Notes under the pieces: model-generated
Databases searched by the model: none
What the model was told of the DNA's origin: nothing
The model's input: only the letters and a program-made list of their open reading frames with translations
Position numbers and translations under genes: made by a program
Part shown: piece by piece, positions 38,484 to 52,100 of the stretch
Numbering within the stretch: the stretch's first letter is position 1
Layout: each line of letters begins with the position of its first letter
Assembly: GCF_030028105.1 (NCBI RefSeq)
Contig: NW_027274036.1
Location: 310,001 to 374,000, forward strand
From: Mobula birostris
Taxonomy: Eukaryota
Direction: 5' to 3'
DNA length: 64,000 nt

Positions 38484-39120
38484 CAACTCTGGTTCTGGAT
38501 GTAGCAATGAACTCCTGCCTATTGGGACAGGTGAGCACCAGAGGAGGCAACAGGTTGTTCCCTGGGAACTTTGTCCCCCAACATCTAAGACTTGGCTCTG
38601 AGTTGATCCCCATTGTGTGTGGTGAATTGAGCCTGCATTGCCATTGTAACAAAATATCTGTAAGATATAATGTGTAGTTGCCTCAGCACCACTGATATTG
38701 ACCTTAATGCAGTGTGAGGAAAGCAGTTGGCATGGTTTTGTGGGCGGGAAGTGTCAGATTTGACAAATCCAATGAAATTTTAGAAAGATGTAACTTGTAG
38801 TGTTCTATATCCTTCCTGCTGTATAAAGACAAACTCTGGTCTCCCTTGACGAATAGAGACTTCTCAAGTACTACTTGTGGAATTATTTGATAAGTTTGAA
38901 GTCCTCAATCATGTCTTTCTGCAGCCTTTACTGTGATAGAGCCTCAGATACTTTAATCATTCTTAATGTTGTGATCTCAGAGTTTGTTCACTCTGGTTTT
39001 GTTACTGGGTAGATAGGACAGACTGTTCACAGCGCAGAGTGTGGGCAAGATTGTGGACCATGTTTCACTTTTGTTCCTCTAGAAATACATGAATGAATGG
39101 ACAAGAATAAACCTTTTCTA

Positions 39121-41375
39121 CATATAGAAACATAGAAACTGTACAGCACAATTCAGGCCTTTCGGCCCACAAAGCTGTACCGAACATGTCCCTAATTTAG
39201 AACTACCTAGCCCTCTATTTTACTAAGCTCCATGTAGCCATTCTTAAAAGACCTTATTGTTTCCGCCTCCACCGCCGCTGGCAGCCCATTCCACGCACTT
39301 ACCACTCTGCGTAAAAAAAAACTTACCCCTGACATCTCCTCTGTACCTCCTTCCAAGCACTTTAAAACTATGCTCTCTCATGCTAGCCATTTCAGCCCCG
39401 GTGAAAAGCCTCTGATTATCCACACGATCAATGCCCCTCATTATCTTGTACACCTCTGTCAGGTCACTTCTCATCCTCCTTCGCTCCAAGGAGAAAAGGC
39501 TGAGTTCACTCAACCTATTCTCATAAGGCATGCTCCCCAAACCAGACAACATCCTTGTAAATCTCCTCTGCACCCTTACTATGGTTTCCACATCCTTCCT
39601 GTAGTGAGGCGACAGTATTCAAGTGGGGTCTGACCAGGGTCCTATATAGCCGCAACATTACCTCTCGGCTCTTAAACTCAATCCCACAATTGATGTATGC
39701 CTTCTTAACCATAGAGTCAACCTGCGTAGCAGCTCTGAGTGTCCTATGGACTTGGACCCCAAGATCCCTCTAATCCTCCACACTCCCAAGAATGCTATAT
39801 TCTGCCATCATATTTGACCTACCAAAATGAACCACCTCATACTTATCTGGGTTGAACTCCATCTGCCACTTCTCAGCCCAGTTTTGCATCCTATCAATGT
39901 CCTGTTGTAACCTTTGAAAGCCCTCCACACTGTCCACAATACCTCCAACCTTTGTGTCATCAGCAAACTTACTAACCCATCCCTCCACTTCCTCATCCAG
40001 GTCATTTATAAAAATCACAAAGAGTAGGGGTCCCAGAACAGATTCTTGAGGCACACCACTGGCCCGGACCTCCATGCAGAATATGACCCATCTACAACCA
40101 CTCTTTGCCTTCTGTGGGCAAGCCAGTTCTGGATCCACAAAACAATGTCCCCTTGGATCCCATTCCTCCTTACTTTCTCAATAAGCCTTGCATGGGGTAC
40201 CTTATCAAATGCTTTGCTGAAATCCATATACACTACATCTACTGTTCTTCCTTCATCTATGTGTTTAGTCACATCCTCAAAAAATTCAATCAGGCTTGTA
40301 AGGTACGACCTATCCTTGACAAAGTCATGCTGACTATTCCTGATCATATTATACCTCTCCAAGTGTTCATAAATCCTGCCTTTCAGGATCTTCTCCATCA
40401 ACTTACCAACCACTGAAGTCAGACTCACTGGCTTATAATTTCCTGGGCTATCCCTACTCCCTTTCTTGAATAAGGGAACAACATCCGCAACCCTCCAGTC
40501 CTGCTGTCCCCATTTATGATGCAAAGATCATCGTCAGAGGCTCAGAAATCTCCTCCCTCATTTCCCACAGTAGCCTGGGGTACATCCTGTCCAGTCCCAG
40601 TGACTTATCCAACCTGATGCTTTCCAAAAGCTCCAACACATCCTCTTCCTTAATATCTACATGCTCAAGCTTTTCAGTCCACTGCAAGTCATCCCTACAA
40701 TCGCCAAGATCCCTTTCCTCAGTGAATACTGAAGCAAAGTATTCATTAAGTACCTCCACTATTTCCTCTGGTTCTATACACACTTTTCCACTGTCACACT
40801 TGATTGGTCCTATTCTCTCATGTCTTATCCTCTTGCTCTTCACATACTTGTGGAATACCTTGGGGTTTTCCTTAATCCTGTCTGCCAATGCCTTCTCATG
40901 GCCCCTTCTGGCTCTCTTAATTTCATTCTTAAACTCCTTCCTGCTAACCTTATAATCTTCTAGATTCCTATCATTACCTAGTTTTTTGAGCCTTTCGTAA
41001 GCTCTTCTTTTCTCCTTGACTAGATTTACAACAGCCTTTGTACACCACAGATCTTGTACCCTACCATCCTTTCCCTGTCTCATTGAAATGTACCTACTCA
41101 GAACCCCACACAAATACCCCCTGAACATTTGCCACATTTCCCTCAGAACATCTGTTTCCAATTTATGCTTCCAAGTTCCTGCCTGATAGCCTCATATTTC
41201 CCCTTCTCCAATTAAACGTTTCCCTAGTTTGTCTGTTCCTATCCCTCTCCAATGCTACGGTAAAGGAGATAGAATTGTGATCACTATCTCCAAAATGCTC
41301 TCCACTGACAGACCTGACACCTGACCAGGTTCATTTCCCAATACCAGATCAAGTACAGCCCCTCTTCTTGTAGTC
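39121..41375 (-). mobile_element. CR1-type LINE, 5'-truncated, frameshifted
   Basis: Minus ORFs 40514-41161, 40015-40524 ([19 protein letters not shown]), 39770-40138 (FADDTK) and 39244-39591; (atagaaac)n tail at 39121-39140. Confidence 0.9.
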
Positions 41376-43341
41376 ATGTAATACAATTTTCATTGAGGAT
41401 GAGTAGCTACTTGTCAACGTGATCAGCTGGGGTCTTTCGCTGCCCTGGTGGGTTGTACATAGCACTGAACTGCTTTACCTGCTGCCCTGCTGAATGACCT
41501 CCTCCTGAGCAGGGGTAAGTGATGGGGAGGTACTGATTCCCCTGCGCTCCCCTCCCCGCACCCGCCATCTTTTTGACCACGGCAGTTATTGCCCAGATTT
41601 GGATTGTATCAACTGACTGGAAGGGATTTTTTTGTGGGGATGTGGAAAGTGCTATTGGAACCCCTCTATCGAGCTCTGAGGAGCCAAGGAGAGAGGGCAG
41701 CAAATCCTCAGATTGTACTTGGAACAGGCACCATGCTCTCATATTCCTGTATAACCATTAGCCCTGTAAAACCTGCTACATGAAGATCAGAATGGGACCA
41801 GCTGTTTGGCCCACACCCTGAGGCATTTATACACCACATAGGCAATTTTATATCTGACTTCAGCTCAGCCTGTCAGCATATTCTTTAAATCTATGACTTG
41901 CCATTTGTTTAATCGGATTTCCTAGCACTATGGCTGCACTTTCAGCTACTGCCCATGGGAGAGAGACTCAAGTCCTGGATGAAGTAGTTATGCCTGAAAT
42001 CTACACTAGACCCGATAATGACTACCTGCAATCAAAATGGCCATCTGATGAATGAAATCCATGTCTCTAATTTCTGGTCTTCCCTATGAGTATGTTTCAT
42101 CCTTTTGAAATGTTCCACAATTTAAATCAATTCTTCTCTGAGACATGTGCATGTTTAGCGTGTGATTGTTGCAAACTTTAACATACAATATAACAGTTAC
42201 AAATACCTCTGCTTGTCATAAGCCTCATGCTCACCCCTCGAATCTATCCTTTCTCATCCACTCCATCCATATATTCCCAATGGACTGTGAGTATTCCTTG
42301 AATCCTGAGCTGAGGAACCAGATGTGTCTCATATCTGGACTCACAGCTCCACATCTGCCACAGGTGATTCATCTGCCCTGGCTCCTTTCGCTGATTGTCA
42401 CCAGGATCAGACATGGCCCAAGTGCGGAGTGAGAGACACTGAAGCTGGTCGATATTTCACAGACCTTAATGCGAACAATGTTAAAGGAAAAAGAAAACAA
42501 TAAATGCTAGACCAAACAAGGCCGTTAACTAAAACTCTCAATTAGGAAACGAAGCCTGCACTGCGGCTGGAAAGAACAACTAAGAATAAAACAAATACTG
42601 CTAGTCTCCAGAGTCAGTCAGAGTCCACTTTCTCAGGCAATGCAGACAGCGAAGCTTAGCTATGTCCACGTCTCAACAAATACTACAGCGGTATGAGTGG
42701 AGTTAAATACTATCACAATGAAATAATAATTAGCTGGCACGTGCATATTCATGAGCGCAGTTACCTAACTTGATGCACTGCTGAATCCGTGGTTGTGACA
42801 CAGATGGTATCATTGGCTTACGGTGTAAATATCAGCAACAGCAGGTCGAGTATGATTTCAAATGGATTTATTGTTTATCTTTTTATATCAAAGATGATCA
42901 GTGATGGTAAAAAAGGCCTTTGATAGAACGAACTAGGGTGGCCTGTTCGCCGAGTTTTCTCTCCACCTCATGGAACAGCAACAGCAGCAACGCTGGCAGG
43001 CCAATAGGAGCTGCACGGGCTCAGGTAGCTTTTGCAACAGTGCCCATTTTGTGAGAGGTGAAAACAAGGCATGTGACAGGCCCAGTGACATGCAGTCCAA
43101 TTAAAATCAAAACAGCATACAGAGAAATAAACAGCGTTAGCAGGATTGTTACACAGGGAACAAATTACCCAGATCTGCCCTGGTCTTGCTGCCTTCCAAC
43201 CAACCTTCCTCTGACAGCTGGACCCAGAAACAACCAATCTGTAAACATTCAGAGAGTGGTATGTGAATTGCAATATAAAAATGGACTTCCCACAATTGAA
43301 TGAACAGAGAGGGTCTGTCCCGTGGAACAATTTAATAATAC

Positions 43342-43399
43342 CTGCAGACATTAATGATTGAGAGGAGAGGAGGCTACCTCCAACAAACGAGGGACAATC
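43342..43399 (-). CDS. Tentative Siglec cytoplasmic exon 2
   Basis: tgtcctgcttcag|GATTGT...GCAG|gtatta; 58 nt, phase 0 to 1; reads DCPSFVGGSLLSSQSLMSA. Supported only by splice sites and phase. Confidence 0.4.
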
Positions 43400-46300
43400 C
43401 TGAAGCAGGACACATGTCATTGCACACAGTGAGAATAATCTGCTAAATTACAATTCTATCAGCTCTGTGGAAGAGCTTCAGATACTATCAAAGAATTCGA
43501 AACTGGTTTTCGGAGGTGAATTCCTGTGGATTTCTGACATTATTTCAAGTGCTCTTCTGTGCTCTTCCAGGATTTGAGCTTCCTGTTCCAGATTCAATTA
43601 TATATTTGCATATATAGCGTTCTCATCAACCCGGCAGTTTTCATAGATGCAATAAACTTGATAGTCATGGTTTGGTGTGACCTTCGAATCATTTTTCACA
43701 TTCTCCTGTGACAGCTATGGAAATGAACAGAGTGACAATTAGCAGGATCACGATATGGTTTGTTTGAGCCCCAGTGGAATTATTCTGCCCACAGATGATG
43801 TTGGCAGTCTAGGTTGAGTTTGATTATATGATTTCAGTGTCTGGTTATATCTGGACTCAATGAGAAGCACCAGCCTGCCTCTTGGAGTGCAGAGCCTATG
43901 TTCAAGACCAACCATGTCGTAAGCATGAAAAGGAATCCATGTAATCCAAGGGCAATGCTGAGGGGCTGTTGTTGTGTGGAAGGGCACTGCTGAGAAAGCA
44001 TCACACTGCTAGAGGGGCTGTTAATCCCAGAATGTGCTGGATTGATTATGGTTGCTTAATGTGTGGCTACTGCAGCTGCACCTAGAAGAGTGGAGTGCTG
44101 CTGTATCACTGTTGGCCTTGCTTTAGGCTTAATAAAGTCAAGTCAAGTCAAATTTATTTATATATATATAGCACATTTAAAAACAACCCACGTTGACCAA
44201 AGTGCTGTACAGATAATGTCTTGTGATGGTTCATCCAGTGTCACCACACAGGACAGATGTTATCTGGACTGTTTCGAACTACATGTGGTGCATTTATAAC
44301 ACTCACCTTCTTCTGTTTCTTTCTAATTGGAATCACTCTCGATTTCTTCTCTGATACAGGTCCTAATGCATCTGCCGGTGGTCTAAGAGCAGAGAATGAG
44401 GCAAAGTTACAAAAATATTCATGGTGGCAGGGAAATTCCTGTGTCCAATTTGAAGTATCAAGGACAGAGAGAGTGTTCCAAAGTCTCAATGTTCTTTTGT
44501 GGCCTTAGCTTATTTCAACAACAAATTGAACTTATACAACACCATTCATGCAGTAAAATGTTTTCACGAGCTTCACAGAAGTGTAAATACATGAAGAGAT
44601 ATTTACAGAATGTGCCTTTGGCAGGCAGCACCAGTATTTATTGTCAATCTCTATTTGCCCTTGAACTGACAATGTAGTTCAGAGTCAAGCACAGAGTGGC
44701 TCTGTAACCAGAATGAACCCAGAAATATTGACAACAACCCCTTGTTTGATGTTAAAGAAATAAGATTTTGTAAATGACTACTTTACTTATTTACATGTAA
44801 CTAATTCCCTAACTGCTAATGGGGATTCACAGTTATGTCTATGGGCCCACAGCGCAGAAGCATGCAAGTCCAGTTCTGCAGCCATTGTGCTACAATGCAA
44901 TAGAAGCTTAGTGCTTGTAGAACATTTTAAAAGTGAGAGAAAGAGAGCGAGGGAAAAATGAGAGAGAGAGATAGAGAGTAAGAGAGAGTGTGTGTGTGTG
45001 TGTATATGTGTGTGAGAGAGAGAGAGAGAGAGAATGAGAGAGAGAAAGAAAAGAAAAAGAAAATAAGAAAATTAGAGAAGAAATTGCAGGGCTTAGGGAA
45101 GGCCAAGGCATCTGAAGGCCAATAGCTGAACGCTGCAAGCTTTGGGGATGACCGTGAGGCCACCAGGAGCAGGGGCAGGAGGAGGTCTTGGAGATGGTAA
45201 CACCCACCTGCTAGTTCTGCATTGTGTCCTGAGAACGAAGCAAATCACAACCAATGAGATGATCAGGAATACAGCCCCTGCTGCAGCAGCCAATAGGATG
45301 ACTAGTGTTGCCTGTGACCTTTGTCCTACCATTGTAGAAAGTGAGAGTGAAGAGACAATTATTGGTGACAATGTTCTCTGCTAAGGCTCCCCCCTTGGAT
45401 CAGTAGAGAACACTCTCAAACTCCCAATACTCTCAAACGCACTCTGATGGTTGTAAAACTCACAAGGGATATTGAGGGGAGATGAATACAAGTGCACAGG
45501 AAACCGGTAATTATACTTAATCTCAATATTTATTTGAGCACATTGCAAATGCGGAACTATTGTCTTGGTGCAGACATTAGTGACATTCTGCGGTGTGCAG
45601 TTGCAACCTCCCTAGTACATGGGTAATTTCACTTCAGCCAATGTTTCTGGCTGGAAGTCAGTGTGAGTGCCTTCTGCAACCTCCTATTGCTACTACCATT
45701 GGGCAGGAAGTACAGAGACTTCGTCCCACACGACCAATTCAGGAATCATGCTCCTGAACTAGTTTGGATAATCTCATTCACCACTACAACCTACAGACTC
45801 AATTTTAATGGCTCTTTACAATTCACGTTCTCATAATTATTTTTTTCCACAGTTTGTCTTCTTTGATATATTTGTTGTTTGTCAGCCTTTGGCTGTTCAG
45901 GTACAGATTTTTGTAAATTTTTATTGTTAATGCCTGCAAGAAAATGAATCTTAAGGTAGTTTATGGTAAGATATACATAGATTAATGATAGATTTACTTT
46001 GAGCTTTCAACTATTCTGCCCAGTGACTGCCACAGCTGCAGTTAAGGTCAAGGGCAGTTTGTAAGTTCCAGTATCCGCACCTGTGTTGGGAGAGATGTGG
46101 AGGTGCGTTCAGTCTTGTTCCAGTCAGATATTTATGGCCTTCACTATTCCATCTTCATTGTCTCCTCTTTGTGAGACCAAGGTGGCATAAGTGTATCTAC
46201 AGTTCATCAGGATCCGACCACAAAGCACATTATCCCTCCACCCTCACCCCCTGCCCCCCACTCTCTGCTATCAGTAGGGAATTGCTCTCTATGTGACTCC

Positions 46301-48371
46301 ATTGTCCATTCCTCACTCCCACTGATTTCCATTCCTCATTCTGCTTGCCCTTTCATCCTGTTCTCTTCCCCTGCAAGCAGGACTAGTCCTACAGCTGCCT
46401 CTATACCTCCCCCCCTGCAGTCATTCCAGCTGAGGCGACACGATATGCTAGTCTGCTGAGGTATCCGCTGCTCCTGGTGTGGCCTCCTCTATGTTGGTGA
46501 GAGTTGATATAGATTGGAGCACCTTCACTCTATCAGCCCCAAAAGCTGGGATTTCCCAGTGGCCATCCACTTCAATTCAATTCCCACATGCTGGTCCATG
46601 GCCTCCTCTACCATAGAGGCCTCTCTCAGGTTGAAGGAGCAACATTTCACATCCGGTCTGCGTAGTCTCCAATCAATTTCTCTAACTTCCATTACTTTCT
46701 TCTTCCCCCTTTCTCCCTTTCCCCATTACTCATTCTGGTTCATCTCTCACCCCTTCTCTTCTCCTCACGTGCCCATCACCTCCCTCTGGTGCCCCTGCTC
46801 CCTCCTTTTTTTCCATGGTCCTCCCTCCTCTTCTATCCTTCTTCTTCACTTCCATCACCTTTCACCTACTAGCTTGTATTCCTTCTCCGCCCCCCCCATG
46901 ACTTGGCCTCCATTATCTATGGCAATGCATCCAACAGATTCACCACACCCTGGCTAAAGAAATTCCTCCTCATCTCTGTTCGAAAGGGACATCCTTCTAT
47001 TCTGAGGCTGTGCCAGACTCTTCCACTACTGGAAACATCCTCACCATGTCCACTCTATCCAGGTCTTTCAGTATTTCATAGGTTTCAATGAGATCCACTC
47101 TTATTCTTCTAAACTCCAGCAAGTACAGGCCCAGATACTCCTCATACATTAAGCCTTTCATCACTGGAAATGTTTTGTGGACCATCTCCACATTCAGCAC
47201 ATTCTTCCTTAGGTTTGGGCTGCTCAAAATGCTCCACAAGTGGTCTGATCAACCAAGTCAGTCTGTGAGATCTTGCTGTGTAAACTGTGCTTTGTTGCTT
47301 TCAAAGATAATAAACTATCTCTGTACTTACTCTGTACGTTTAGTTTGATGGTCTGCTCCAATGAAATGGCTGGATATCTGACTCTGCAGGTGAGATTCTG
47401 TCCGTGGTGTTTAAGTGTTGGGGTCAGGGTCAGAACAGAAGTGTATATCAGAGTGTCACCCTGCTGAGTTACACTGTCTGACTTTAATGCTGATACGTTG
47501 GTGGGAAGGTCCCATGTTAACGTGGGTATTGCTTTATCACATGTGGTGTTGAAGGCGCAGATTATGTCCTTAGGCTTTCCTTCAACCACTTCATCATCAA
47601 ATATCGAGGGTTTATCTGTGAAATCTAATAGATAGAGAAATGGATCCTTATGTTGGGGCTTGCACCCACCAGATTCATACGTCTCCTTTGCCTCCATTAG
47701 GTCTCGATCCTGTGCCTTGCATTGTTGAGTGCCTGTCTGAGCGACTTTCTTATGTGTGGTTGAAGTGTGATTAGCAGATATACAGGGCTGATAATTGAAA
47801 CATTGATGAATGTTGTCAAGAGCTATCAATGTTAATGAAAGGAATATCAGAGATTTAAATGAGACTGTAATGGAAGGCTTTGCCAGGATTTCAAAAGCTA
47901 AGCTTTGATAGCCAGACCCTGTATAATACCAAGCTATAATCTTTGTTGACATAACCCACACCGGTTTTCTTATTTCCCTCCAGTGCTTCAATTATTGAAC
48001 AATTCACCTACCAGAAACGTGGAGCTGTGTTACAGGGTAGAAACTGTAATGATACTGGTTGGGAAATTCAATTCTGAAATGATAAGGACCTTCATCTCCA
48101 AACATGATATCGTTTATAACCAGTAAACAATCACCGTCTTTCAAGTTACCAGACAGCCAGGTCCGATGGTGAAACCTCCCTGCCTGACTTCTGTGATCCT
48201 CAGAGTGAAAGGCGATTGACTTAACATTGTACTTTTCATCTTTCATCCAGACTCCATCCCAGGGTTTATTGTCCACGTGCAATGGATAACTGTAGTGGCA
48301 TGGAATCCGGGCACACAAATCCCTCTGCGCCGTCACATCTCGTGGAGTGTCAGCTCTCCACTCTTCCGACA
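43342..48371 (-). CDS. Siglec-family receptor (V-set + C2-set + TM + cytoplasmic), partial multi-exon gene
   Basis: Five phase-compatible GT-AG exons: 48371-48012, 47624-47331, 45325-45208, 44382-44307 and, tentatively, 43399-43342. Siglec-specific Cys pattern and the F-strand Arg are present. Leader and last exon not located. Confidence 0.85.
44307..44382 (-). CDS. Siglec cytoplasmic exon 1
   Basis: ctcattctctgctcttag|ACCACC...AAGAAG|gtgagt; 76 nt, phase 2 to 0, matching the TM exon; reads (R)PPADALGPVSEKKSRVIPIRKKQKK. Confidence 0.7.
44930..45065. repeat. Compound (GA)n/(GT)n microsatellite
   Basis: gagagagaga..gtgtgtgtgtgtgt..gagagagaga..aagaaaagaaa, directly visible; intronic to the Siglec gene. 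Confidence 0.9.
45208..45325 (-). CDS. Siglec transmembrane exon
   Basis: ctttctacaatggtag|GACAA...AGCAG|gtgggt; 118 nt, phase 1 to 2; reads RQRSQATLVILLAAAAGAVFLIISLVVICFVLRTQCRTS. No charged residue in the TM segment. Confidence 0.85.
46205..47225. mobile_element. Degenerate PLE fragment (+, ~46205-46900) and CR1 fragment (-, ~46900-47225) in a Siglec intron
   Basis: EHLHSI..DFPVAIHFNS..LRLKEQH matches the PLE GIY-YIG end. Minus LYLLEFRRIRVDLIETYEILK matches the CR1 C-terminus. Confidence 0.65.
47331..47624 (-). CDS. Siglec Ig C2-set exon
   Basis: tttctctatctattag|ATTTC...CAGA|gtaagt; 294 nt, phase 1-1; reads DFTDKPSI..IICAFNTTCDKAIPTLTW..SVLTLTP..HHGQNLTCRV..EQTIKLNVQ. An alternative in-frame acceptor lies 9 nt downstream. 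Confidence 0.92.
48012..48371 (-). CDS. Siglec Ig V-set (sialic-acid-binding) exon
   Basis: ccatctctcctctgtgcag|TGTCG...TCTG|gtaggt; 360 nt, phase 1-1; reads W..LCARIPCHYSYP..GVW..RTWLSGNLKDGDCLLVINDI..DEGPYHFRIE..YSF. Confidence 0.93.
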
Positions 48372-49140
48372 CTGCACAGAGGAGAGATGGAAGAATATTT
48401 GACATTGGAAAGACAAGACTTTGTAGGTTCTGGAATCTCTTGATTCAATCATGCAGGGATGGGAATCCGGGCATCGTTTGTGTTGCATACAAAGATTGGA
48501 TATCACAGCAAAAGACAATTGTGGAAATACGCTGACCTTGCTCTTTATATGTATGTTCCATGACTTGTTCTCTGGCAATAACATCATGACCCATCCAACA
48601 CATTTCCCTGATGGGCAAATCCAGAGCTCTAGAGGGTCTCTCCGTGGCACCCTGTGGCAGTAGGGGTTGGAAAAGACCATGATAATGGCATCAGGAGGAC
48701 CTCACCTACCAATCAACTTTGGACTGGGATCAAAGGTGCCCAGTGGTTTCAAATTTGTCAATAAGAAGCAGAAGATTCAGTGGTCTCAGAGTGACACTCA
48801 GTTCAAACACTACTCAATATTTACAAAGGGTTGTAATACTAATTTCAGAGGTGAATGTTTTATGGAAGAATTTATGGAATATAAAACAGACAACAAAATT
48901 CCTGATTACAACAATGTCTCAGTGAGGTTGTAAGCTTAGACCATAGTGAAGCGAAGAGTGGAGTTGTCAAGGGACTGCAACCAGAAGCATGGCTTTCCTT
49001 CTCATACATACTGCTGCTTAGGGTGCACAGAGAACAATATCCAACACTGCAATTAACACAGATCTTGGAGGTGTAGAGAATTGTAGGAATGAGAGACCCT
49101 TAAAGGAGATATTGATGAGCGGAAAGAGCAGATACAGAGC

Positions 49141-52100
49141 AGATGCACACTGTCACACGTACTGTCCACATATAGAGTGTCACACGTATTGTCCACACAC
49201 ACAGTGTCACACGTACTCTCCACTTGCACACTGTCACACGTACTGTCCACATGCACACTGTCACCACGTACTCTCCACGAGCACACTGTCACACGTACTG
49301 TCCACATGCACAGTGTCACACGTACTGTTCACTTGCACACTGTCACACGTACTGTCCACATGCACAGTGTCACACGTACTGTTCACTTGCACACTGTCAG
49401 ATATACTGTCCACTTGCACACTGTAACACGTACGGTCCACAAGCACGCTGTCACACGTACGGTCCACATGCACACTGTCACACGTACTGTCCACATGCAC
49501 ACACTCAAACGTACCGTTCACATGCACACTGATAAACGTCCTGTCCACATGCACACTCTCACACATACTGTCCACATTCACACTGACACATGTACTGTCC
49601 ACAGGCACACTGTCACACATCCGGTCCACATGCACACTGTCACACATACTGTCCACATTCACACTGTCACACATACTGTCCACAAGCACACTGTCACACA
49701 TACTGTCCACATTCACACTGTCACACGTACTGTTCACATGTACTGCCCGCATGCACACTCTCAGACATACTGTCCTCGTGCAGTGTCACATGTACTGTCC
49801 ACAGGCACACTGTCAAACATACTGTGCACATGCACACTCTAACACGTACTTTCCACATGTACACTGTCATACATACTTTCCACAGGCACACAGTCACACA
49901 TACTGTCCACATGCACACACTCACATGTACTGTCCACATGCACACAGTTATACATACTGTCCACATTCGCACTGTCACACATACTGTCTACAGGCAGACT
50001 GTCACACGTACTGTCCACATTCGCACTGTCACACATACTGTCCACATCCACACTGTCATATGTACTGTCCACATGCACAGTGTTACATGTACTTTCCGCT
50101 TGTACACTCTCACACGTACTGTCAACATGCACACTGTCAAACCTACTGTCCACATGCACACTGTCACACGTACTGTCCACATGTACACTGTCACACGTAC
50201 TTTCCACATGTACACTGACATACATACTGTCCACAGGCACACTGTCACACGTAGTGTCCACTTGCACACTCTACCACGTACTGTCCACATGCACACTGTC
50301 ACACATCCGGTACACATGCACACTGTCACACGTACTGTCCCCATGCACACTGTCACACGTACTGTCCACATGCACACTCTCTGACATACTGTCCACGTGC
50401 AGTGTCACGCATACTGTCCACATGCACACTGTCATACGCAGTGTCCATTTGCACACTCTCACACGTACTGTCCACAGGCACACTGTCAAATGTACTGTCG
50501 ACATGCACACTGTCACATGTATTGTCCACATGCACAGTCTCACACGTACTTTCCACATGTACACTGTCATACATACTGCCCACAGGCACAATGTCATGTG
50601 TACTGTCCACTCACACGTAATGTCCACTTGCACACTGTCACACGTACTGTCCACATGCATACTGTCAAACCTACTGTCCACAGGCACACTGTCACACATA
50701 CTGTCGACAGGCACACTGGCAAACCTGCTGTCCACAGCCACATTGTCACACATACTGTCCACAGGCGCACTGTCACACACTCTGTCCATATGCACACTGT
50801 TACACGTACTGTCCACATGCACACTGTCACAAGTATTGTCCACATGCACACTGTTACACGTACTGTCCACATGCACATGCTCAGACATGCCGTCCACGTA
50901 GTGTCGCACGTACTGTCCACATGCACACTGTCACACGTACTGTCCACATGCACACTGTCACACATACTGTCCACAGGCACACTGTCACACATACTGTCCA
51001 CATGCACACTGTCACACGTACTGTCCACATGCACACTGTCACACATACTGTCCACAGGCACACTGTCACACATACTGTCCACATGCAAACTGTTACACGT
51101 ACTGTCCACATGCACACTCTCAGACATGCCGTCCACGTACAGTGTCACACGTACTGTGCACATGCACACTCTCACACGTACTTTCCACATGTACACTGTC
51201 AAACATACTGTCCACAGGCAAACTCTCACACGTAATGTCCACTTGTACACTCTCACACATACTGTCCACATGCACTCTGTCACACGTACTGTCCACATGC
51301 ACAGTGTCACAAATACTGTCCACAGGCACACTCTCACACGTACTGTCCACATGCAAAGTGTCACACATACCGTCCACAGGCACACTGTCACATGTACAGT
51401 CCACTTGCACACTGTCACATGTACTGTCCACATGCAAAGTGTCACACGTACCTTCCACAGGCACACAGTCACAAGTACTGTCCACAGGCACACTGTCAAA
51501 TGTACTGCGAACATGCACACTCTCACACGTACTTTCCACATGTACACTGCCATACATACTGCCCACAGGCACACTAACACACATACTGTCCAACTGCACA
51601 CTCTCACACATAATGTCCACTTGCACACTCTCACACATACTGTCCACATGCACTCTCACACATACTGCCCACATGCACAGCGTCAGACATACTGTCCAAA
51701 GGCACACTCTCACACGTACTGTTCACATGTGCTCTGTCACACGTACTGTCCACGGGTACACTCTCACACGTACTGTCCACATGCACAGTGTTACATGTAC
51801 TGTCCACATACAGACTGTCACACATGCTGTCCACAGGCACACTGTCAGATGTACAGTCCACATGCACACTCTCACACATACTGTCCACATGCACACTGTC
51901 ACAAGTACTGTCCACATGTACACTCTCACACGTACAGTCCACATGTACACTGTCATATGCAGTGACCACGTGCACACTCTCAAAAGTACTGTCCACATAC
52001 ACACTGTTACATGTACTGTCCACATGTATACTGTGATACGTACTGTCCACATGCACACTGCCACACGTATTATCCACATGCACACAGTTATACATACTGT

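Noticed and set aside
38460-38530. Plus-strand exon candidate (ttcgattag|...GGACAG|gtgagc)
   Set aside because: The acceptor and first third fall inside the probable Gypsy 3' LTR, and the peptide is unrecognisable.
46050-46105. Minus-strand LHISPNTGADTGTYKL, resembling Ig E-F strands (possible second C2 exon)
   Set aside because: No Cys after DxGxY, an in-frame stop immediately upstream, and no B/C-strand Cys or Trp. Probably chance or an unrecoverable remnant.
47224-47991. 255-aa ORF as a single-exon protein
   Set aside because: Only 47331-47624 is Ig-like and bounded by splice sites; the rest is intron read-through.
48500-49140. Candidate Siglec leader exons (donors AAG|gtcagc ~48535, TAG|gtgagg ~48705, GCA|gtatgt ~49008)
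   Set aside because: None is preceded by an ATG-initiated hydrophobic signal peptide in a compatible phase.
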